NCBI RefSeq assembly: GCF_000007225.1
Contig: NC_003364.1
Location: forward strand, 900,001 to 932,000
DNA length: 32,000 nt
Direction: 5' to 3'
From: Pyrobaculum aerophilum str. IM2
GTDB taxonomy: Archaea > Thermoproteota > Thermoprotei > Thermoproteales > Thermoproteaceae
Position numbers and translations under genes: made by a program. Under the pieces are notes generated by a model. The model made no database searches. It was not told the DNA's origin and worked only from the letters and a program-made list of their open reading frames with translations. Shown here piece after piece: positions 18,201 through 26,014 of the stretch (position 1 is the first letter of the stretch; the number at the start of each line of letters is the position of its first letter).

Positions 18201-18680
18201 GCAAAGGCAAGGGGCTTCTACGACCTACTGGAGGGGTACCTCAAGCCTGCCAGGGAGGCCGAGACCGTCGACCCTAGGGGATTAGTGGTAGAAGACGCCG
18301 AGAAGGGGATAAGGGCTGTAATAAGGGACGTAAAGGTGGTGCGGGAGGGCAACAGGTCAATGGTCGTGGTGGAGTACGAAACAAGCGGTGAGGTGAAGTC
18401 ATTCAAATTTGCTTGGAACGTAGTAACGACTAGTGGGGCCGTCATAGCCAGCATTAGGCTAAATGAAGAAAAAGCCATCGTTTTAGTCGCCCTAACGGGC
18501 GACGAGACAATAAAGAAAAAGAGGGGAAGCGTGCAACTTTCCGCTAAACATCTATTCGCCTTGGCAAGGCTTAGGGGAATTGGATGGGAGCTGTTGAGGT
18601 GGTACACAGAAGTGATGAGTGAGAAATGGCGAGATAACGGCAAAAACCCCTCTAACCACCTCGCCTCAAAAGGAGAATAG
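15219..18680 (+). CDS. giant protein, 1153 aa (paREP2b-like), unknown function
   Basis: Uninterrupted 3.46-kb ORF with purine-rich codons. Residues 734 to about 1131 are homologous to 23330..24526. No convincing enzymatic motif. Confidence 0.8.
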   Translation: MEETPGCIAAVEEAVKPAVVAAAGLAGYATLHDGLYSTAVVSATAAAVILAREGAFERAVEYVRRAAEAAYEAAREIFQKAKVTLQRLYELFVEAIARALDYVRAHWFIIAAAGLISWLAAQQLDYTLWQDHVAKFAPLIAGVPAFKEFKTALGDSAPELLKAAEEALKYRSEGAVERLFEEARGAVGKSSKPWPDLRKAARNVEMFGKRVIKPEHAAVAWALLEAGLKELSGVKDKALSTLKEAMDKLSKEGETEISAKEISEFVKRAHDIAHHLELLFEQITENAEKYGKAEEIRRAFTVTGVAEELAEAPKTDFDRLGDATLADKVIAFFESLAEGTSWSRVVLNAMERGEAYVALIRTPRSATVKYGVKAEGGARDRAKRLGTLIARLAHWLAERGVDKAVIRCEGNTVKIMVNGEIVAEVETRAIKEEEERIVYRVRGKWAEEEGEKAKELAAEMEPGRAEDYELRALLVTDGGYEVEGDVYAATTSVAQAALYKRFGMKVSYAGVGNLAEEGFKPLLEARLYEKRGGKKVVEMIRRDLEDGLKALLGDAKLREELKEKALRLLGEIEISVHDADKETEEGRQRVEEARRKIEERIVKFLTELRLGENGSVCLANCQFGEPTLTPKHEPYTRVIAPLIHYIASEAPEEEIAKFLAYAVLFDGSVRRDRVTLALGNFRVDDASKRLPLDIYDKVALYIILAAKYSVGIKGVYVRKGEARIYFNTEHATKMFATAWGNLCALWRFSRESGLYADHVFKKLEGIRKYVESYVDKVRIEHILRGDKVTVVFKDERGDEIAHINIRWDGESLHANFEGMRKRAEQLVSILSAMGAKVKVKEYSGKWRIELTTDSITAIRRKEWLDAVRTLIEELHNKDIINKRQRERLLNEISAGPNVVEIAGVELSVMEIRTEKRRGLIIIYHPRSANTFDTAMKTLRRAGFVEGVHFTAKRPQGGKYGHVYIKIPAGLWKLEELKRQGVEWAKRALKRLEEIAKARGFYDLLEGYLKPAREAETVDPRGLVVEDAEKGIRAVIRDVKVVREGNRSMVVVEYETSGEVKSFKFAWNVVTTSGAVIASIRLNEEKAIVLVALTGDETIKKKRGSVQLSAKHLFALARLRGIGWELLRWYTEVMSEKWRDNGKNPSNHLASKGE

Positions 18681-18883
18681 AAAGTTTAACACGCTTTTCT
18701 CTATAAAATGTCACTATAAATCATCTACCGCTTTCCGTAAATGGAATACGAAGACCCGATAGTTTAATAGCACTTGTTACAGAACTCACACATCACTTTA
18801 AACACCTTTACCCCTCGGCAGTCCGCAAGCTCTCTGAACCACAACACTAACGCCACTGCAACTAACGCATAAAACATGTATAC

Positions 18884-20122
18884 TTATAGAAGAGTAAGCC
18901 ATACTAGCGGCAACACTAATCCCAGCGCTGTAGTGGCTAACGCGGTATACGACGAAGTGACGTTGTCGGCAAGAGGACCTGGCGCCTCGGCAATAATCCT
19001 AATAGCCCTTAAATAATACGGCGTAGCTAAGGCGCTGTTAAGCACAACCCAGGCCACTAGAAAAGCCGCCAGCCACGGCTGCGGGTATGCCAGTATTAAT
19101 AACACAAGGAAGAGCTTAGGCCAGAAGCCTAAAAGCGGCGGCAGTCCTAAAAGCGAGAGGACGTTTAGCACATTTAACACGCTCCTCCGGGGGGGCGACA
19201 AGTCTGAGAGGTATGTGGACAAATAGCCAAATACCCCTGCCTTTGCCAAGCCGGAGGCCAATGCCTCTAATACCACTACTAAAACGGCCAAGTCCGCCGC
19301 AGACACCCTTACCCCAAAGAGATTTGGCGAGTTCGCAGGCTCTCCAAGCCACCACACCAGCGCCACTGCGGCAAGCGCATAGGACATGTGGGCAATAGAG
19401 GAGTAGGCCATGATCCTCCCCAGAGTCTTGGCTGTTAGGCCCGCCACATTTGCTACAAGCATAGAAACAAGCGCCACGATTAAAGCTATTAGGCCAACTT
19501 CCCTGGGCGCGCTGGCGCTTCTAAAAATTGACAATAAAACAAATAGGGCCGTTACTTTGCTAAACGCGGCCAGTGCCGCCGCGCCTCTCGGCGAGCTGAG
19601 GGCGTAGGCGTCAACAACCCACGCGTGAAACGGGGCAATGCCCAGCTCGAACATAAAGCCCAGTATAGTTATGTAAAGTCCCTGCGGCAACCCGGAAACT
19701 CCCAGCACGTAGCCCAGCACAATTAACACCTTGCCCACGCCTGAAAACACGAGGTACTTCGCCGCCCCCTCTACGTTCTCCCTGGCCCTCCCCATGGCCA
19801 AAAGCCCGTACACAGCCGCCGTTACTAACGCCAAGGCAATTAGCCCGTAGACTACTGGCTGTGCGGCGTAATAGACATACGCGGCGAGCACAGTTGCAAC
19901 AGCTGAGAAAGCCAGCGCTAAGCCGAATGTGCCAAGCCGCCAGTCTATAGAGAGAGAAAGCGCAATTAGCGACACAACGACGCCGATTGGCAATTTAAGA
20001 AAAGCCGACAAAATTAACAACGCCAATGAAGCGACCACTGCAATATAGCGCCCATCTATTTTTAACGCCGCCGGCGCCGCAAGCGACAACGCAAGCACTA
20101 AGTAGGCTATTAAGTCGATCAT
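18884..20122 (-). CDS. nuoN: NADH-quinone oxidoreductase subunit N
   Basis: Polytopic antiporter-like subunit. GIAPFHAWVVDAY and MAYSSIAHMSYAL motifs. ATGA overlap with nuoL. Confidence 0.85.
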   Translation of the reverse strand: MIDLIAYLVLALSLAAPAALKIDGRYIAVVASLALLILSAFLKLPIGVVVSLIALSLSIDWRLGTFGLALAFSAVATVLAAYVYYAAQPVVYGLIALALVTAAVYGLLAMGRARENVEGAAKYLVFSGVGKVLIVLGYVLGVSGLPQGLYITILGFMFELGIAPFHAWVVDAYALSSPRGAAALAAFSKVTALFVLLSIFRSASAPREVGLIALIVALVSMLVANVAGLTAKTLGRIMAYSSIAHMSYALAAVALVWWLGEPANSPNLFGVRVSAADLAVLVVVLEALASGLAKAGVFGYLSTYLSDLSPPRRSVLNVLNVLSLLGLPPLLGFWPKLFLVLLILAYPQPWLAAFLVAWVVLNSALATPYYLRAIRIIAEAPGPLADNVTSSYTALATTALGLVLPLVWLTLL

Positions 20123-21972
20123 ATTAACACGAGGAGGAGCAGTGTTACTAATATTCCAACAATGCCGTATAAGACGTACAGGCTCAAATTCCCAGTTATA
20201 AGCCTCCTCGCCCAGTTAGATACCGACTCGAATACCCCCGGCAAGACGTTGTGGTATAGGCCATCAAAGAGTCCCTTATCGAAAACCACATAGATAAACT
20301 TGGCGAACCAGGTGAATAACGACGGAAAGACTCCGTCGTATAATATGGGCAAGTAGAACCTCCTGTAGAGCACCTCCCACAACGGCCTTAGGGACTCCGA
20401 CTTAAAACCCGGCAGCCATATGTACAAGACAAAACCTGTGAGAAAACCGGCGAGGACGGCCAGCAAGGCCTCAGTGACTGGGAATTTAACCACAGCTGCG
20501 AAATAACCGCCGAGCGCTATAGTGGCCACGGCGAGGGCGGTGTAAGGTAGCCACATTACAGGATGCGCTTCGTGTACCTCCTCGGGCTCTTTCCCGTGTA
20601 TAAAAGTCAAGCCCAGCAGGCGCAAGCCGTATATCGGCGTGATGAAAAGTAATAAGTACAAGACCGGGAGAAGTAGGTCGAAGTGATACGCGTGAGCCGC
20701 CTCAAAGACGTTTTCCAATGCTAGGTCTTTTGTAATATAGCCAATAAACGGCGGTATGCCCACGAGACTGAGCATAGACAACGCCATGGCTACCGCTGTT
20801 ATTTTCATGTGCCGCCACAGCCTCCCCACATCGCCAATAAAACGCGTGCCGGCTTCGTGTATAACAGCGCCGAAGCCCATGAACAAAGACGCTTTAGACA
20901 CGGCGTGTCCCACTATGTGTAAAAATGCGTAAAATAACAAGACGGAGAGCGCTTCCTCTTCGTGCAGGCCGAGGAGGCCGGCCGCGCCTGTGGCCGCCGC
21001 TATAATGCCGAGATTGGCGGCTGTAGAGCCAGCTAGCACGAGTTTAAACTCCATTGCGCTGAGCGCTATTAACGTGGCAGTCAAAGCAGTAACTACTCCG
21101 ATCGCCATTACGATCCAGAAGTATAGCTGCGCGCCGCTCACCAGCGAAAAAATAGGCGCAGTCACAATTAGGACATAAACCCCAGCTTTAACCATAGTAG
21201 CGGCGTGTATTAGTGCGGATACGCTAGTAGGACCCGTCATGGCCGTGAGCAACCACTCGTGGAAGGGGAACTGCGCGCTTTTAGTGAACGGCCCAAGAGC
21301 AAAGAAGAGAAGCGGGATAACTCCAAGAGCCTTGAGAGACTCCGCGTTTTCAAGCCCTTTCAGCGAAACAGTCCCTGCAGTTATGAAGAAAATGGCGATT
21401 GCGATAAGGAAAAAGGCGTCGCCGAAGCGGACTGTTAAAATCGCGCGGAGGCCGGCCTTACTGGGAGTCCACCAGTAGGGCACTCCCAACACTCTCTCCT
21501 CCCTCCCGACCCACTTGTCGTACTCATCTCTATACCAGTGGCCAATTAACGCCCACGACGCCAGTCCCACCCCTTCCCAGCCCGCGAGGAGGAACCACAG
21601 ATTATCTGCGTAGACTATTATCATCATTGAAGTGGCAAAGAAACCGAAGAAGAACCAATACCAGCCAGGCCTGTAATCCCCCTCCATATATTTCACCGAG
21701 TATAGAGATATTGCGGCGACGAGCCATGCGACGAGAACTCCCATTGGAAGACTGTATTCGTTCAGCCTCACTTTTATCTCAGCGCCTATTGACTGTATCC
21801 AAGCAACGCCGTAAACCCCCGGCGATACGGCGAAATAGATATACGTAGCGAGCAACGCGGAGAGGAAAGTCCCCGTTGTTACGGCCCACGCCTTGAATTT
21901 TTCAGAGGCGCTGAAGAGGGAAATCACTGAGGCCAGTAGCGGTATGAAAATGGCAAGAAATACTACTTCCAT
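20119..21972 (-). CDS. nuoL: NADH-quinone oxidoreductase subunit L
   Basis: 617 aa. LLAGWEGVGLASWALIGHWY is the NuoL signature. A long C-terminal extension is present. Confidence 0.9.
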   Translation of the reverse strand: MEVVFLAIFIPLLASVISLFSASEKFKAWAVTTGTFLSALLATYIYFAVSPGVYGVAWIQSIGAEIKVRLNEYSLPMGVLVAWLVAAISLYSVKYMEGDYRPGWYWFFFGFFATSMMIIVYADNLWFLLAGWEGVGLASWALIGHWYRDEYDKWVGREERVLGVPYWWTPSKAGLRAILTVRFGDAFFLIAIAIFFITAGTVSLKGLENAESLKALGVIPLLFFALGPFTKSAQFPFHEWLLTAMTGPTSVSALIHAATMVKAGVYVLIVTAPIFSLVSGAQLYFWIVMAIGVVTALTATLIALSAMEFKLVLAGSTAANLGIIAAATGAAGLLGLHEEEALSVLLFYAFLHIVGHAVSKASLFMGFGAVIHEAGTRFIGDVGRLWRHMKITAVAMALSMLSLVGIPPFIGYITKDLALENVFEAAHAYHFDLLLPVLYLLLFITPIYGLRLLGLTFIHGKEPEEVHEAHPVMWLPYTALAVATIALGGYFAAVVKFPVTEALLAVLAGFLTGFVLYIWLPGFKSESLRPLWEVLYRRFYLPILYDGVFPSLFTWFAKFIYVVFDKGLFDGLYHNVLPGVFESVSNWARRLITGNLSLYVLYGIVGILVTLLLLVLI

Positions 21973-21993
21973 AGCCCTCTTTATTTCTAAAGT

Positions 21994-22006
21994 TTTTTAT
22001 ATATTG
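21994..22006 (-). promoter_or_regulatory. TATA box upstream of nuoL
   Basis: The minus strand reads aatatataaaaaa, centred about 28 nt upstream of the nuoL ATG at 21972. Confidence 0.45.
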
Positions 22007-22010
22007 TCTA

Positions 22011-22101
22011 GGCCTTTTGCGTTAGGCACCCCCGCGAAACGCCGAATTTTCTGGGCAGTTCAAAGGCCTCGGGGAGTTTAACGCGCCTGCACTCCTTAAC
22101 G
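22011..22101 (-). pseudogene. degenerate remnant of the paREP2a-long 5' module
   Basis: ggccttttgcgttaggcacccccgcgaaacgccgaatttt...aaaggcctc...ccttaacgc aligns by eye to 22840..22947 and 14610..14699. It directly abuts the nuoL TATA box. Confidence 0.45.
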
Positions 22102-22947
22102 CTAAGCGTCTCCATCGCCCCTATGCGCCACTTTTATTCTGTCTTGGTAGAGGGGTATTTTCGGCTCTAGGTACACCCCGTCCTCCCCGTAGTGTACGCT
22201 GAACTCCAGTTTTGCACTCCCCACTTGACAAAAGGCCTCATATGCCACTATGAGACACGACGCGGGCGCCCCCATCCACTCCCCGTCCCACCAAAAGGCC
22301 CTCCTCAGCGAGAAGTCAGAGGCGTATAGTGACGCCCTCCCTCCCAGCTCTCTCTTTATGGCCTTGTACAACTGGCACATTGCCACATACTCCTCAAGCC
22401 TCTTCACAATCCCCTCTATCAAGCCCATCGGCTCGCGGCCGAAACACTGCCTATGCCACTGGGCCACCGCTCTGTACAACTCCCTCCTCAACTCCCTCCA
22501 CGCCTTCTGGCTCTTAAGGGCCTCTCTGGGCGGGCTCTTCAAAAACTCCACAATCCCCCTAACACATCCCTCGGCCGTCGGCCTCTTGCACAGCCACTTG
22601 TCCACCTCAACGCCGTTTACATAAACAGCGTCTTGCGCCAGCTCAACTTCGTATTTCGCCGCCAGCTCGTAAAGCGCGTCTGCAAAATACTGCGGCAGTC
22701 TGTAGCTTCCCTCTTCCCTCTCCTCTCTCCGCTTGTAAACTGCCAGATAGCGTTTAGCGATTGCGTCGTAGGGTAGCACGTAGCGGAAATACAGGCCTTT
22801 AACGCCCCCCTCTGCCACAACGGCGTCAACGCCGTAGAAGGCCCCTTGCGTGAAACACCCCCAAGAGACGCCGAATTTGCGCGGTAAGGAAAAGGCCTCT
22901 GGTAGCGCCACTTTTACACACGCCGCCTTAACCGCCTTAACTGTCAT
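22102..22947 (-). CDS. long paREP2a-like protein, 281 aa (N-terminal module, linker and C-terminal WWDGEW domain)
   Basis: The C-terminal ~100 aa (VKRLEEYVAMC...RRAFWWDGEW...RIKVAHRGDGDA) is paralogous to the 101-aa proteins. The ATG overlaps the upstream gene's stop within ATGACAGTTAA. Confidence 0.7.
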   Translation of the reverse strand: MTVKAVKAACVKVALPEAFSLPRKFGVSWGCFTQGAFYGVDAVVAEGGVKGLYFRYVLPYDAIAKRYLAVYKRREEREEGSYRLPQYFADALYELAAKYEVELAQDAVYVNGVEVDKWLCKRPTAEGCVRGIVEFLKSPPREALKSQKAWRELRRELYRAVAQWHRQCFGREPMGLIEGIVKRLEEYVAMCQLYKAIKRELGGRASLYASDFSLRRAFWWDGEWMGAPASCLIVAYEAFCQVGSAKLEFSVHYGEDGVYLEPKIPLYQDRIKVAHRGDGDA

Positions 22948-23242
22948 CGCCCCTATACGCCACTTTAATCCAGTCGTCTATTAACTTGATTTCTGGCCTT
23001 AGGTACACTCCCTGCGGCGTGTCAAATACATAAAACGTTGCCATCTTATCGCCTACTTTACACACAGCCTTTTTCTCCGTCACGAAACACGACATGGGCT
23101 TTCCCCTCCACTCCCCTTCCCACCAAAATGCGCGCCTAAGGGCGTACTCACTAATTAGCGGTTCGGCGTATTTCCCCCCGTATTCGGCAATTGCCATTTT
23201 CGCCATTTCGCACATGCCGTAGTAAAGCTCTAGCCGCTTCAC
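22937..23242 (-). CDS. small conserved protein, 101 aa, RRAFWWEGEW motif (paREP2a-like), copy B
   Basis: Same length and same GTG start as 14689..14994. The ORF-track extension to 23320 (TTG) lies in a frame not shared with copy A, so I trimmed it. Confidence 0.7.
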   Translation of the reverse strand: MKRLELYYGMCEMAKMAIAEYGGKYAEPLISEYALRRAFWWEGEWRGKPMSCFVTEKKAVCKVGDKMATFYVFDTPQGVYLRPEIKLIDDWIKVAYRGDDS

Positions 23243-23329
23243 TAATTTGCTCCCTCCCCCGGCAGGATTGGCCACCTGAAGCATCTGCGATATCACTCCT
23301 TCAGCGCGGCCATTTTTCAAGCCGCGTGG

Positions 23330-24526
23330 ATGTTCGCGACGGCGTGGGCTGAGCTCTCGCGGCTGTGGAGATTTGGCATAGAGAATGGCCTATACGCCGA
23401 CCACATTCTTAATAAGCTTGAGGGCATTAGAAAACACGTGGAGGAGTACGCTAACAGGCTGAGGATTGAGTACACGCTGTACAGCCTCCCCGGCGTTGAC
23501 CCGTGGGTAGAGGTGAGGTTTAAGGACGAGAGGGAGAATGAGATAGCCCACATAAACATTAGGTGGTATCATAATAAGCTACATGCCTTCTTTAACGGCG
23601 CTAAAGAAAAGGCGGAAAGACTGGCCTCAATACTAAACGCATTGGGCGCCAACGCGGAGGCGAAGGAGTATGATGGAGGGTGGCGCGTAGACCTCACAAC
23701 CGACTCCATCACAGCAATACGCCGTGCGGAGTGGCTTGAGGCAGTTAGAGCCCTTGTTGAGGAGCTACACAAGAGGGGAATAGTAAACGAGGAGCAGAGG
23801 GATAGATTGCTGAAGGAGATCATCGCCGGGCCTAACACAATTGAAATCGCCGGAGTGGAGTTGAATGTTCGGCAAGAGTCCGTGGGCAAATCCAAGACGC
23901 TGGAGGTTATGTACAAACCAAGATCGCCTACCGCCTTCAACGCCGCCGTGAAGGCGCTTAGAGACGCTGGCTTTGTTGAGGGAGTACACTTCACCGCGAA
24001 AAAGCCAGAGGGCGGCGTGCAGGGATACGTATACATTAAGTTGCCTGCCGGCCTTTGGCGTTTAGAGGAGCTGAGGAGGCAGGGCGTTGATTGGGCCGAC
24101 AAGGCGCTGAGGCGCCTTGAGGAGATTGCAAAGGCGAGGGGCTTCTCCGAGATACTTGAGGAGTATCTCAAACCGGCTATAGAGGCCGAGACCGTTGACC
24201 CGAGGGGGCTGGTCGCAGAAGACGCCGAAAGGGGGATTAAGGCAGTTGTAAGAGATGTGAGGGTGGTGCGGGACGGCGACAGGCCGAGGGTAGTTGTGGA
24301 GTATGAGGTAAACGGCGAAGCGAAGTCTTTTTCTTTCATCTGGGGCGTGAGAAAGGGAGGGATAGTTATGGCAAACGTGTGGTTAGTTGAAGAAAGAGCC
24401 GCCGTTTTAGCAACCATAACGGGCGACCAGACAATAAGGGGGGAGGGGCGTAACCGGGTTCTTTCCGCTAAACATCTATTCGCCTTGGCGAGGTTCAAGG
24501 GAGTGGGCTGGGAGCTGTTGAGGTAG
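23330..24526 (+). pseudogene. 5'-truncated paREP2b-like gene (equivalent to residues 734 to ~1131 of the giant protein)
   Basis: It begins exactly at the deletion junction and has lost the promoter and 733 codons. It ends at TAG where copy A has TGG (Trp), with a second stop 8 codons later. Confidence 0.7.
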
Positions 24527-24568
24527 TACACAGAGGCGATGAAAGAATAAGAGCCCAGCGCCTCTTTC

Positions 24569-26014
24569 CTAGCCGCGGAGACTCCACAAGCGCGCAACCT
24601 CTATAGTTTTATATACATTGTCTGCGAGAGCTGTTGAAAACGGAGGCAGAAAGAACAACACTGATATAAAGGCCGTCACGACTATTGACACGAGGGCTAT
24701 ATCCACAGGGCCTTTGTCCTCGCGCCTGTGAGGGCCGAAGAACACCACGCGGATTGTGTTAAAGGCGTATATAGCGGTGACGAGCAAAACTAAGGCGTAC
24801 GGTATATAATTGAGGTAATCCGCGCCGAAGTGTTTGGCATATGCCACTGTTAGGACAATTTCTGAGACCATGCCCACCGACAGAATCCCCGCCAAGTTTA
24901 AAAAGCCGACTATGGCGGCGCCTGCCAGCTCCGGGCGCCAGCCGTATAAACCGCCCATTTTCTCAATGTCGCGGGTGTGTAAGTGCATTATGAAATACCC
25001 CGCGGTCATGAAGAGCACCGCCTTGCCCAGCCCGTGGGATAAGTAGAGCAGCGCGGCTGCTGTATAGCCGTAGGGGTTGAGGAGCGCCACGCCCAAGAGG
25101 AGGTATCCCATCTGCGACACGGTAGAATAGGCGAAGAGCCTCTTCACGTCTTTTTGTAAATAGGCCATGAGGCCGCCATATATCGCCGTAGCAATTGCGT
25201 AATAAATCAACCACTGGGCCCAGCCGCTGGGAATTACATACATGGCAATAGCCGCAATTAAATACCCCCCTATGCCCACGAGGACCGGGGATAAGAGCGC
25301 AGACAGCGGAGTGGGCGCCTCGGCGTGGACGTATGGAAGCCACATGTGTACGCCCAGCGTCGCCATTTTAATTAACGCGCCGACGAGAATGAGGAGGAAG
25401 GCCAAGGCGTCGGCCCCCAGGTTATAACTGGCGATATTCTCCGCCAATAAGGGGACGTAGTATACCTCCTTGAGATATAGGAGTATAAAGCCGGCTAACA
25501 CCAAGAAGGCCCCTATGTGAGACCAAACTAAATACATTATAGTGATTCTCACCCTGTCTCCATACCCGTAGTAGAGGATTTGAAACAGAGAGGCAATTAG
25601 GGCTATTTCAATAAACACGTAGACCATGATTAAATTCGCCGCAATAAAGGCGCCGGCTAGTCCGCCCAAGAAGAAGCCGTAAGTGAGGTAGAAAACCGCA
25701 GTGTCCCTGCCCAGCTCCTCCCCCCTGTGCTCCATATACGGAGGAGAATATAAAGCCACTAACATCCCAACCAGCGCCACAGTGAAGGCAAAGAGCCCAT
25801 TAAAGGGCAGAATCCTAAAGGCCAGTAGGTCGAAGCCGCGAAAAGAGCCCTCCACTAAATCCAAGCCGCCAAATGTTGCGTAACCTGTGACAGCGAGTAA
25901 GGGCACGAGGGCTACGGCTGAGATGTACCCCGCGAGGTAAGGAGAGCGCTTGGCGGCTACATACGCGGCAAGAGACAGCACCATTGGGATTAAAACCGTG
26001 GCTAAGATAATCAT
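24569..26014 (-). CDS. nuoM: NADH-quinone oxidoreductase subunit M
   Basis: HMWLPYVHAEAPTPLSALLS, LFAYSTVSQMGYLLLG and HTRDIEKMGGL match NuoM signatures. Confidence 0.9.
   Translation of the reverse strand: MIILATVLIPMVLSLAAYVAAKRSPYLAGYISAVALVPLLAVTGYATFGGLDLVEGSFRGFDLLAFRILPFNGLFAFTVALVGMLVALYSPPYMEHRGEELGRDTAVFYLTYGFFLGGLAGAFIAANLIMVYVFIEIALIASLFQILYYGYGDRVRITIMYLVWSHIGAFLVLAGFILLYLKEVYYVPLLAENIASYNLGADALAFLLILVGALIKMATLGVHMWLPYVHAEAPTPLSALLSPVLVGIGGYLIAAIAMYVIPSGWAQWLIYYAIATAIYGGLMAYLQKDVKRLFAYSTVSQMGYLLLGVALLNPYGYTAAALLYLSHGLGKAVLFMTAGYFIMHLHTRDIEKMGGLYGWRPELAGAAIVGFLNLAGILSVGMVSEIVLTVAYAKHFGADYLNYIPYALVLLVTAIYAFNTIRVVFFGPHRREDKGPVDIALVSIVVTAFISVLFFLPPFSTALADNVYKTIEVARLWSLRG

Larger units (their letters stand above)
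14570..18650. repeat. paREP2-like repeated gene module, copy A (intact small and giant genes plus a truncated third gene)
   Basis: Nucleotide and protein homology to 22011..24550 (copy B), aligned by eye. The boundaries are where similarity to copy B fades. Confidence 0.7.
22011..24550. repeat. paREP2-like repeated gene module, copy B (decayed), lying between nuoM and nuoL
   Basis: Homologous to 14570..18650 but with a roughly 2.34-kb internal deletion and an extra long 2a-type gene. It ends about 20 nt from the nuoM stop. Confidence 0.7.

Noticed and set aside
18612-18618. GTGATGA C-box-like heptamer near the end of the giant gene.
   Set aside because: No CTGA D box or C'/D' arrangement within 60 nt. 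The heptamer is not conserved in copy B (gcgatgaaag).
15328-18643. Multiple long minus-strand ORFs (60-183 aa) antisense to the giant gene.
   Set aside because: The sense strand is rich in GAG/GAA/AAG/GCC codons, so the complement lacks stop codons. The products are Ser/Leu/Ala/Thr-rich low-complexity strings. These are shadow ORFs.
18700-18722. Two TATA-like boxes (ctataaaat, ctataaatc) in the gap after the giant gene, possibly driving a small RNA.
   Set aside because: No recognisable RNA gene or ORF lies downstream; the plus-strand ATG at 18741 gives only 8 codons. A/T boxes are orientation-ambiguous. Left as unexplained rather than called.
23243-23320. N-terminal extension (TTG start) of the copy B small gene giving 127 aa.
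   Set aside because: The homologous DNA in copy A lies in a different frame and hits a stop. Both copies share the GTG that yields exactly 101 aa.
14550-24570. Terminal inverted repeats or target-site duplications flanking the two module copies.
   Set aside because: I compared the flanks by eye at about 14550-14570, 18650-18700, 22000-22011 and 24550-24568. I found no matching inverted or direct repeats, so I make no transposon-type claim.
23569-24597. 342-aa minus-strand ORF covering the truncated giant-gene copy and overlapping the nuoM 3' end.
   Set aside because: It is a shadow of the purine-rich plus-strand frame with a Ser/Thr/Ala/Leu-rich product. Its counterpart in copy A is broken into several pieces, so the frame is not conserved.
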